Assembly: GCF_000017305.1 (NCBI RefSeq)
Contig: NC_009664.2
Location: 360,001 to 392,000, forward strand
Direction of reading: 5' to 3'
DNA length: 32,000 nucleotides
DNA from: Kineococcus radiotolerans SRS30216 = ATCC BAA-149
GTDB taxonomy: Bacteria; Actinomycetota; Actinomycetes; Actinomycetales; Kineococcaceae
Under the pieces are notes generated by a model that worked only from the letters and a program-made list of their open reading frames with translations, ran no database searches and was not told where the DNA came from. Below are positions 16,626-23,946 of this stretch, piece after piece. The position numbers and the translations under genes are program-made. Within the stretch, counting starts at the first letter, position 1; every line of letters begins with the position of its first letter.

Positions 16626-19050
16626 GGGAGTTCAGCTCCTTGACGTCGAGGACCAGCAGGACGAGGCCGTCGCCCAGGAGGGCGGTGCCGCAGTAGCCGG
16701 GGGTGCCGGCGAGGAAGCCCTCGAGGGGCTTGAGGATGACGTCGGTGTTCTGGTGGAAGCGGTCGACCACCAGACCGAGGGGGCCGGTCGCGGTGCGCAC
16801 CACGAGGACGTTGAGCCCCTCCGCGCTCAGGTCGCCGTCGGTGCCGAGCAGACCGCCCAGCGACACCAGGGGGACCACGTCGTCGCGCAGGGCGAGGACG
16901 GGGTGCCCGGCGACGCGGGTCACCTCGTCCCGGTCCACGCGCACGGTCTCGACGACGTCGTCCAGCGGGACGCCGAAGCGCTGCCCGCCGGCGGTCACCA
17001 GCAGCACCTGCGAGACGGCCATGGTCAGCGGCAGGCGCAGGCGCACCGTCAGGCCCCGGCCGCGGCGGTTCTCGGTGGTCACCGAACCGCCGAGGCGCTC
17101 GATGGAGCTGCGCACCGCGTCCATGCCCACCCCGCGCCCGGAGACGTCGGAGATGACCTCGGCGGTGGAGAAGCCGGGGGCGAAGATGAGCTGGGCGGCC
17201 TCCTCGTCGGGCAGGGTCTCCAGCGCCTCCTCGCTGATCAGGCCGCGCTCGTAGGCCTTGCGCCGCACCGCGTCCGTGTCGATGCCCCGGCCGTCGTCGA
17301 CGATCTCGACGAGGACGGCGTCGCCGTCGGGCGCGGCGCGCAGCAGCAGCGTCGCCTCCTCGGGCTTGCCGGCGGCCACCCGCTGCTCGGGGGTCTCGAT
17401 GCCGTGGTCGAGGCTGTTGCGGACCAGGTGCACGAGGGGCTCGGCGAGCATCTCGATGACGTCCTTGTCCGCGGCGGTGTCCTCGCCCTCCTGCACCAGG
17501 TGCACCTTCTTGCCCAGCTTGCGCGAGAGGTCGCGCACCAGGCGCGGGGCGCGGGCGAAGGCGGTGGACACCGGCAGCATGCGCACGTCCATGACGGCCT
17601 GCTGCAGCTCCTCGCTGACGCGGCTCACGACCGCGTACTCGTCGAGGACGCGGCGGGCCAGAGCGCGCGAACCCGCGTCCTCGGCCTCCTGGGCCACGAA
17701 GGGCAGCGCGTTCTTGGCCACGACGAGCTCACCGACGAGGTCGAGCAGCTTGTCGACCTTGGCCTGCTCGACCTTCAGCACCCGCGAGGCGCGCGAGGCG
17801 TCCTCGGCCGGGGCCGTGGCGGAGGCCGGGGGCGGGGCGGCGTCGGAGCCCTCCGGGGAGGTCCGCGGAGCGGGCACCGCGGCCGCCGCCGCCTCACCCT
17901 GCTGGGGGACGGTGGGGGCGGGCGTGCCCGCTCCCGCGGCGGTCTCCCCGATCCAGCGCACCAGCGGGCCGGGGGACCCGGTGGCCAGGAACTCCGCCAG
18001 CGCAGCCACGCCGGGGGCGGTGTCGACCCCGGCGGCGGTGGCGACGCGCAGCGCCACCCCGGCGGCCGAGCGCACCCGGGCGGCGCCGATCGGCGGACCG
18101 TCGGCCACGTCGTCGTCACCGGCCCCGACGCGGGCCAGCAGCCGGCACTGCGCCTGCAGCAGCAGCGCGTGCAACGGATCGGCGGTGGAGGTCGTCACGA
18201 CCGGGGCCGGCTCCGGCTCGGCCGGGGTGCCGTCGAGGAGACGGGCGAGGTTGTCCGCGGAAACCTCCACGACCTCGACCTGCTCGGGCACGTAGCGGAA
18301 GACGTGGGCGAGCTCACCCACCGCGGCGCGGGTCAGCGCGGTGAAGCGCAGCACGCACTCGTACTCGTCGACCTCGTCGATGCCGGCGAACGGTTCGGCC
18401 GGGGCGGTGTGCAGCAGTTCCAGCGCCGGCACCTGCCGGAACAGGTTCAGCGGGTCCTCGCCGCGGAAGAAGCACGCGGCGTCCGGCTCGTAGCGCACCG
18501 CGCGCACGGTGGCGGCGGTGGTCGCCAGCCACGCCCGCAACTGCTCCAGGCGCTCCGCGGGCAGGTCCAGCACCCACGACGGCAGGTCGGCGGGAGCCGT
18601 CGGCCCCGCGGTGCCCCCCGAGGTGCCCTGCGGGACCGGCGCACCCTCGGCGGGCGCGTCGCCCCCGCCGAGCCAGGAGCGCAGCACCGCCGACTGGGTG
18701 TCGGCCTCGCGGCCGGCGTCCTCCGGGGTGCGGCCGGTCGCCTCGATGGTCGGCATCCAGCGCCGGACGGTGTCGAAGGCGCAGAGCAGCGCGTCGACCA
18801 TCTCCGGGGTGAGCGACAACCGGCCGGCGCGCACGGCGTCCAGCAGGTCCTCCGCGGCGTGGGTGAGGCGGGTCAGTTCCGGCAGGTCGAACAGCCCGGA
18901 GGAACCCTTGAAGGTGTGCGCGGCGCGGAACACCGCGTTGACGAGGTCACCGTCGCCGGGTTCGGCCTCCAGGCGCAGCAGGCCCTCGTCGACGTCGGCG
19001 AGCAGGTCGGCGGACTCCGCGACGAACTGCACGAGCAGGGGGTTGGTCAC
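16606..19050 (-). CDS. cheA: Chemotaxis histidine kinase CheA with an unusually long P1-P3 linker region
   Basis: Hpt domain with AAHTFKGSSG. P3 begins near VLKVEQAKVDKLLDLVGELV. HATPase motifs [17 protein letters not shown] and GRGVGMD. C-terminal CheW-like domain. Confidence 0.95.
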   Translation of the reverse strand: MTNPLLVQFVAESADLLADVDEGLLRLEAEPGDGDLVNAVFRAAHTFKGSSGLFDLPELTRLTHAAEDLLDAVRAGRLSLTPEMVDALLCAFDTVRRWMPTIEATGRTPEDAGREADTQSAVLRSWLGGGDAPAEGAPVPQGTSGGTAGPTAPADLPSWVLDLPAERLEQLRAWLATTAATVRAVRYEPDAACFFRGEDPLNLFRQVPALELLHTAPAEPFAGIDEVDEYECVLRFTALTRAAVGELAHVFRYVPEQVEVVEVSADNLARLLDGTPAEPEPAPVVTTSTADPLHALLLQAQCRLLARVGAGDDDVADGPPIGAARVRSAAGVALRVATAAGVDTAPGVAALAEFLATGSPGPLVRWIGETAAGAGTPAPTVPQQGEAAAAAVPAPRTSPEGSDAAPPPASATAPAEDASRASRVLKVEQAKVDKLLDLVGELVVAKNALPFVAQEAEDAGSRALARRVLDEYAVVSRVSEELQQAVMDVRMLPVSTAFARAPRLVRDLSRKLGKKVHLVQEGEDTAADKDVIEMLAEPLVHLVRNSLDHGIETPEQRVAAGKPEEATLLLRAAPDGDAVLVEIVDDGRGIDTDAVRRKAYERGLISEEALETLPDEEAAQLIFAPGFSTAEVISDVSGRGVGMDAVRSSIERLGGSVTTENRRGRGLTVRLRLPLTMAVSQVLLVTAGGQRFGVPLDDVVETVRVDRDEVTRVAGHPVLALRDDVVPLVSLGGLLGTDGDLSAEGLNVLVVRTATGPLGLVVDRFHQNTDVILKPLEGFLAGTPGYCGTALLGDGLVLLVLDVKELNSRAAALR

Positions 19051-19508
19051 GACCGGCTCCCGGTGGACGAGGACTGCGAGGACGGCAGGGGGGCGGTGAA
19101 CAGGTCCGCGACGCGGGTGAGCAGGTCGGGCGCGACGGGCTTGACCAGGTACAGGTTCGCCCCCGCGGCGTACCCGGCGTCGGCGTCGGACTCCTGCGAC
19201 TCGGTGCTGATGGTGATGACCGGCACCGAGCGCCCCAGGGCCTCCGCGCGCAGCCGGCGCACGAGGGTGAACCCGTCCATCAGCGGCATGTTCACGTCGG
19301 TGACGACGAGGTCGTAGCGCTGCACCAGCAGCATCTCCAGCGCCTCCAGGCCGTTGGCGGCCTCCTCGACGGTGAAACCCGCCGCGCGCAGGACCCCGCC
19401 GTGGTACATCCGCACCGTCGGGGCGTCGTCCACGACGAGGGCCAGCCCGCGCGAGGGTTCCGCGCCGTCGCCGGGGGTCTGCCCGGGGGTTTCGGTGAGG
19501 GGGTTCAT
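19047..19508 (-). CDS. CheY-like response regulator (second copy, 25-aa N-terminal extension)
   Basis: Motifs LVVDDAPT, DLVVTDVNMPLMDG, VITISTE and YLVKP. ATGA overlaps at both ends. Confidence 0.85.
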   Translation of the reverse strand: MNPLTETPGQTPGDGAEPSRGLALVVDDAPTVRMYHGGVLRAAGFTVEEAANGLEALEMLLVQRYDLVVTDVNMPLMDGFTLVRRLRAEALGRSVPVITISTESQESDADAGYAAGANLYLVKPVAPDLLTRVADLFTAPLPSSQSSSTGSRS

Positions 19509-20380
19509 GCCGGGGCTCCGATCGCGGGACGCTGGTAGGCGATCCCCTCCGGCAACCGGACGGGGTCGAAGATGGGTGAGATGCGGCTCATGGACTCCGA
19601 GTGCCCCAGGAAGAGGAAACCCCCCGGGCGCAGGGCGCCGAAGAGGTTCTCCGCGGCGCGGCGGGAGGACAGTTCGTCGAAGTAGATGAGGACGTTGCGG
19701 CAGAACACGACGTCGAAGGCCCGGAAGGTCCGCATCTGGGCCGTGTCGGTGAGGTTGGCGAGGGTGAAGTCGATGGCCCCGCGCACGTCCTCGCGGACGC
19801 GGTAGCGGTCGCCGTCGGCGCGCTCGAAGAACTCCGCGCGCACCGCCGGCGGGACGCGGTGCATCGACCGCGAGCCGTACTCCCCGCGCTGGGCGAGGTC
19901 CAGGACGCGGGTGTCAATGTCGGCGGCGACGATCTCGACGTCGAACTCCTCGATGCCCGGCCAGTCCGAGAGCAGCCGGATCGCGATGGAGTACGGCTCC
20001 TCCCCCGTGGAGCAGGGGACGGACAGGATGCGGATCGGGCTGCGGTCGCGGGCGGCGCGGCGCGCCGCGGCGATGCCCGGCAGGACCGAGCGCACCAGGG
20101 AGTCGAACTGGTGGTCCTCGCGCAGGAAGTACGTCTCGTTGACGGTGAGCTCGTTGACCAACTGCTGGGCGACCTGCTCGTTCGCCCCCGCGCGCAGCGA
20201 GGCGAACCAGAGGTTGAAGTCCCCGCCGTGCTCGCGCACGCAGGTGGCGACGCGCTTGTCGACGAAGTAGCGCTTGTTGTCGCCGAACTGGATGCCGGTG
20301 CGGCGGTAGATCCACTCCCGCACCCGGCCGAACTGGGCGTCGGTGAGCTGACCGGCCGCGGCCGTGGTGGGCAGGCTCAC
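19505..20380 (-). CDS. cheR: Chemotaxis protein methyltransferase CheR
   Basis: Motifs LTDAQFGRVREWIYRRTGIQF, NETYFLRE, ILSVPCSTGEEPYSIAI, VFCRNVLIYFD and FLFLGHSE. GTG 20380 overlaps the upstream stop (GTGA). The track ORF extension to 21172 is Arg/Pro junk. Confidence 0.9.
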   Translation of the reverse strand: MSLPTTAAAGQLTDAQFGRVREWIYRRTGIQFGDNKRYFVDKRVATCVREHGGDFNLWFASLRAGANEQVAQQLVNELTVNETYFLREDHQFDSLVRSVLPGIAAARRAARDRSPIRILSVPCSTGEEPYSIAIRLLSDWPGIEEFDVEIVAADIDTRVLDLAQRGEYGSRSMHRVPPAVRAEFFERADGDRYRVREDVRGAIDFTLANLTDTAQMRTFRAFDVVFCRNVLIYFDELSSRRAAENLFGALRPGGFLFLGHSESMSRISPIFDPVRLPEGIAYQRPAIGAPA

Positions 20381-20991
20381 CGGGCACCCGCCGCCAGGGT
20401 GCTGAGGAACTGCAGGTAGGGGTTGTCGGGGAAGCGCGCCGCCGCCGCACCGGACAGCTGCCGGGCCAGGGCGTCGTCGATCTGCTGGGCGGCGTCGACG
20501 GCCGCGGCCACGACGTTCTCGTCGGGGTCGGCGTCGACGACGGCCTCCAGCCAGTCCGGCACCCCCGGGTGGGCCAGGGTGCTGAGCACCATGACCGCCA
20601 GGGTCCGCACCCGCACGTCCCCGGTGACCAGCAGCCCGTCGAGGACCGACGCCGCGCCGGCCGGCATCGCCTGCAGCGCCACGACCGCGGCGTTGCGCCG
20701 GACCGCGTCGTCGTCGCCGAGCCAGTCGGCCAGCTCGGCCGCCACCTCGGGCAGGTCGTGCGCGACGAGGGTGGTGAGGACCGCGTCGCGCACGGTGCGC
20801 TGGCGCTCGGTCCGGACGGCGGCCAGCAGCGCGGGCACCGCCTCGGCGACACCGGCCAGGTCCAGCGCGGCCCGGCGGCGCTCCTCGGGGTCGGCGTGGC
20901 GCAGCTGCGCCAGCAGACCCTCCGGGTCGCGCTCGGCGTCGCGCGGGTCGGCGGCCGGCGCCGGCGCGACGGCCTTCTTGACCAGGCCCAT
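20377..20991 (-). CDS. HEAT-repeat protein
   Basis: Repeated D-x-D/E-x-VR-x-AA-x-AL units (DPEERRRAALDL, DDAVRRNAAVVAL, DVRVRTLAVMVL, DPDENVVAAAVDA). GAGGAG lies 6 nt upstream of ATG 20991. Confidence 0.6.
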   Translation of the reverse strand: MGLVKKAVAPAPAADPRDAERDPEGLLAQLRHADPEERRRAALDLAGVAEAVPALLAAVRTERQRTVRDAVLTTLVAHDLPEVAAELADWLGDDDAVRRNAAVVALQAMPAGAASVLDGLLVTGDVRVRTLAVMVLSTLAHPGVPDWLEAVVDADPDENVVAAAVDAAQQIDDALARQLSGAAAARFPDNPYLQFLSTLAAGAR

Positions 20992-21023
20992 GACTTCTCC
21001 TCGGGGTGGTGCGGGGGAACGGG

Positions 21024-21067
21024 GACGTGCGGGATCCGCGGGACGTGCGGGGGGGGTGACGTGCGGG
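21024..21067. repeat. Three direct copies of GACGTGCGGG in the 87-bp cheB-HEAT spacer
   Basis: Copies at 21024-21033, 21042-21051 and 21058-21067, embedded in runs of G on the plus strand (C-rich in the che mRNA). Confidence 0.8.
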
Positions 21068-21078
21068 GCGGGGGGCGG

Positions 21079-22197
21079 TCAGCCCCAGGCCAGGACCTGC
21101 GCCGCGATCTGGTCGGCGGGCAGGACGCGGGTGGCGCCGTCGCGGGCCACGAGCTGGCCCGGCATGCCCCACACCACCGCCGTCTCCTCCGACTCCGCGA
21201 CGGTGCGCCCGCCGCGGGCCTTCAGCTGCGCCATCTGCTCCGCCCCGTCGTCGCCCATGCCCGTCAGCAGGACGCCGACGGTGCGGGCGGGGTCGACGTG
21301 CTCCATGGCGCTGGCCACCATCCGGTCCACGCTGGGGTGCCAGCGGTGGGCCGCGCCGGCCGGCGCGGGACGGACCACGAGGTCCCCCCCGCGCCGGCCC
21401 AGCACGACGTCGGCGTCGCCGCGGGCGACGTACACGTGCCCGGGCAGGACCGGGACCAGGCCGGTGACCTCCTGCACCGCGAGGGGGCAGGAGGCGTCGA
21501 GGCGGTGGGCCAGCGCCCCGGTGAAGGAGGCCGGCATGTGCTGGGCGATGACGACGGGGGCGGCGAAGTCGGCGGGGAACTGCGACAGCAGCGCCGACAG
21601 CAGCGCCGGGCCGCCGGTGGAGGAACCGACCAGCACCAGGTCGGTGGTCCCCGAGCCGGACGGGCCGGCCGGGCGGGTCCCCCCGCCGGCGACCGGGACC
21701 GCCCGGGCGCGCGGGGCCCGCCCCGCCCGGGACGCGGCGTGCGCCTCCTCCCGCTGGCGGCGCAACCGCGCCGTCAGCGAACCGGGGCGCACCCGTGAAG
21801 CCGCCGCGCGGCGGACCTTGCGGCGGATCTCCTCGGCGGCCTCGGAGAGGTTCAGCGAGACGGTGCCGCCGGGTTTGGCGACGTAGTCGACCGCACCCAG
21901 CTCCAGGGCCTCCAGGGTGGTCACCGCTCCCTGCTCGGTGATGGAGGAGACCATCACCACCGGGACGGGGTGCTCGGCCATGATCCGCGCCAGGCAGGTC
22001 AGCCCGTCCATGACGGGCATGTTGACGTCGAGGGTGACGACGTCGGGCGCTTCGCGCGACAGGACGTCGAGGGCGTCCTCGCCGTTGCGGGCGAGGACGA
22101 CCTCCACGTCGCCGTCGGCGGTGAGCATGGTCTTCAGGGCCTTGCGCATGAGCGCGGAGTCGTCGACGACGAGCACCTTGAGGTTGGGACCGACCAC
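21079..22197 (-). CDS. cheB: Protein-glutamate methylesterase CheB (REC + methylesterase)
   Basis: REC domain motifs LVVDDSALMRK, DVVTLDVNMPVMDG and DYVAKP. Esterase domain motifs LVGSSTGGPALL, IAQHMPASFT and VVWGMPG. Confidence 0.93.
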   Translation of the reverse strand: MVGPNLKVLVVDDSALMRKALKTMLTADGDVEVVLARNGEDALDVLSREAPDVVTLDVNMPVMDGLTCLARIMAEHPVPVVMVSSITEQGAVTTLEALELGAVDYVAKPGGTVSLNLSEAAEEIRRKVRRAAASRVRPGSLTARLRRQREEAHAASRAGRAPRARAVPVAGGGTRPAGPSGSGTTDLVLVGSSTGGPALLSALLSQFPADFAAPVVIAQHMPASFTGALAHRLDASCPLAVQEVTGLVPVLPGHVYVARGDADVVLGRRGGDLVVRPAPAGAAHRWHPSVDRMVASAMEHVDPARTVGVLLTGMGDDGAEQMAQLKARGGRTVAESEETAVVWGMPGQLVARDGATRVLPADQIAAQVLAWG

Positions 22198-22213
22198 CGG
22201 TACGACTCCGCGC

Positions 22214-23920
22214 TCAGGCCGCGCTGGCGGCGGCCGGGACCTCCTCGGCCAGCTGCGCGACCTGGGCGCGGCCCAGCAGCTGGGAGGGGTCGAGGACGAG
22301 GAGCATGCGCTGCTGGCGGGGCAGGTTCGCCACCCGGGTGACGACCTCGGCCTGCTCCGGGGACAGCTCGGGCGCGTCCTCCAGCTCGGCGCCGGAGACC
22401 CGCAGGACCTCCGCGACCGAGTCCACGACGAACCCGGTCCGCACGCCGCCGATGATGAGCACCACGATGCGCTGGCGCTCGTCGCGGGCGCTGCGGTCCA
22501 GGCCCAGGCGGGTGCGCAGGTCCACCACCGGCAGCACCGCGCCGCGCAGGTTCACCAGGCCCTCGACGAAGTCGAGGGTCTTGGGCACCCGGATCAGCGT
22601 CTCGGGCACGCGGACGATCTCCTGCACGGCGTCGACCGCCACGCAGTACTCCTCGCCCTGCAGGCGGAAGACCACCAGCAGCTCGTCGTCCCCGCGGCCG
22701 TCGTCGCTCACGTCGTCCTCCTGCTCGTCACGGGCGCGGCTCACCGCCACGTCCTCGGGGTCGAGGTCGGCCAGGGCGCCGACGTCGACGAGGGAGTCGG
22801 CCGAGAGGACCGACACCAGGCGCTTGCCGTCCTCCAGCCGGCACACCGACTGGACCTCGCGGCTGCGGCCGCCGCCGGAGACGACGTGCGGCAGGGCGCC
22901 GACGAGGTCGGCGGGGACCCGCAGCACCTCGCGGACGGTGTCCATGACCACGCCCACCAGGGACTCGCGCCCCTCGCGCTCGACGGTCACCACGACGATG
23001 CGGTTGTGCGCCTGCAGGGCCGGGACCTCCAGCCCGAACACCTGGCGCAGGCTGACGACGGGCAGCAGCCCGCCGCGCAGGTCCATGACCCCCAGCACCC
23101 GCGCGGCCGCGTTGGGCACCGCGGTGACGCGCTCGGGGGCCTGGACGATCTCCTGCACCCGGTCGATGGGCAGCGCGTACTCCTGCCCGTCCACGGCGAA
23201 GCTGACCAGCTCCAGGGTGCCGGAGGAGTCCTCCTCCTCCACCACCGCCGCGGTGGGCGACCAGCCCGCGCCGCCGGTGCCGGCGACCTTGCGGGCCAGG
23301 TCGGCGAACTCGGTGCGGACCAGGTGCTGCACGTCGAGCACGGTGGTCATCCGCCCCGCCGCGCCCTTGCCCGCGGTCCCCTTGAGGACGGCGGCCAGCA
23401 GCTCCGAGCGCACGGTGGACTGCACGCCCTCGGCGCTCTCCAGCTGGTCGGGCTCCACCGACACGACCGCGGTGACGCGGTCGACGACCAGGCCCAGGGT
23501 CGCCCCGGCGGCCTCGACGACGACGACGCGGGTCGCCTCGTCGTGCTCGGTGCCGGCCAGCCCGCAGCAGGTGCGCAGGCTCACCACCGGCAGCACCCGC
23601 CCGCGCAGGTTGGCCAGGCCCTCCAGGGCCGCCGGGCCCAGCGGGACCCGGATCAGCTCGGGCATGCGGATGATCTCCTGCACCCGCTCCATGGGCAGGG
23701 CGTAGGACTCCCCCGCCATCTCGAAGGTCACGAAGTCGTTCGCGACGTTCGTCCCGTCGTCCTGGCCCGGACCCTCGACCGCGGTCCCGGCCACGTCCCC
23801 GGACCCGGAGTCCTCGAACCCGGCGTCCCCGGACCCGGCGTCCCCGGACCCGGCGTCCCGGGACCCGACGTCCTCGAACCCGACGTCCTCCTGCTCCAGC
23901 AGGCTCTCCACGGTGCTCAT
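22214..23920 (-). CDS. cheW: Scaffold protein with three tandem CheW domains and an acidic pentapeptide-repeat N-terminus
   Basis: Three copies of the CheW core: FVTFEMAGESYALPMERVQEIIRMP...LRGRVLPVVSLR, LVSFAVDGQEYALPIDRVQEIVQAP...LRGGLLPVVSLR and LVVFRLQGEEYCVAVDAVQEIVRVP...LRGAVLPVVDLR. Approximate domain coordinates are 23306-23737, 22781-23215 and 22265-22684. Confidence 0.9.
   Translation of the reverse strand: MSTVESLLEQEDVGFEDVGSRDAGSGDAGSGDAGFEDSGSGDVAGTAVEGPGQDDGTNVANDFVTFEMAGESYALPMERVQEIIRMPELIRVPLGPAALEGLANLRGRVLPVVSLRTCCGLAGTEHDEATRVVVVEAAGATLGLVVDRVTAVVSVEPDQLESAEGVQSTVRSELLAAVLKGTAGKGAAGRMTTVLDVQHLVRTEFADLARKVAGTGGAGWSPTAAVVEEEDSSGTLELVSFAVDGQEYALPIDRVQEIVQAPERVTAVPNAAARVLGVMDLRGGLLPVVSLRQVFGLEVPALQAHNRIVVVTVEREGRESLVGVVMDTVREVLRVPADLVGALPHVVSGGGRSREVQSVCRLEDGKRLVSVLSADSLVDVGALADLDPEDVAVSRARDEQEDDVSDDGRGDDELLVVFRLQGEEYCVAVDAVQEIVRVPETLIRVPKTLDFVEGLVNLRGAVLPVVDLRTRLGLDRSARDERQRIVVLIIGGVRTGFVVDSVAEVLRVSGAELEDAPELSPEQAEVVTRVANLPRQQRMLLVLDPSQLLGRAQVAQLAEEVPAAASAA
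23783..23887 (-). repeat. Imperfect 15-bp tandem repeats (about 7 units) encoding DVGFE-DVGSR-DAGSG-DAGSG-DAGFE-DSGSG-DVAGT
   Basis: The core units cggcgtccccggacc are nearly identical at 23821-23865. Flanking units are degenerate. Confidence 0.8.
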
Positions 23921-23946
23921 CGCACTCCTCGTCGTCGCGGCGCGGG

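Noticed and set aside
15178-19317. 1379-aa plus-strand ORF across the cheA region
   Set aside because: It is antisense to five motif-supported che genes. It has an extreme Ala/Arg/Ser/Gly/Leu composition and no domain signatures, so it is a classic high-GC shadow ORF. The same verdict applies to 21917..25438 (1173 aa), 14970..15965, 16703..18295, 20423..21886 and 22305..23705.
20992-21078. G-quadruplex in the cheB-HEAT spacer
   Set aside because: G-runs are present, but G-runs are ubiquitous at this G+C and I cannot score G4 propensity by eye. It is kept only as one of several possibilities under the repeat finding.
20381-21172. Upstream extension of the CheR ORF (19505..21172, 555 aa)
   Set aside because: The extension is almost pure Arg/Pro/Gly/Ala and overlaps the HEAT-repeat gene out of frame. 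CheR homology begins right at GTG 20380, which overlaps the HEAT gene stop.
16320-23887. 15-bp tandem repeats (16320-16364, 23783-23887) and the GACGTGCGGG triplet (21024-21067) as a possible CRISPR or other array
   Set aside because: The repeats are contiguous or separated by only 6-8 nt, so there are no spacer-sized unique segments. Two of the three are in-frame coding repeats. No cas genes or leader are present.
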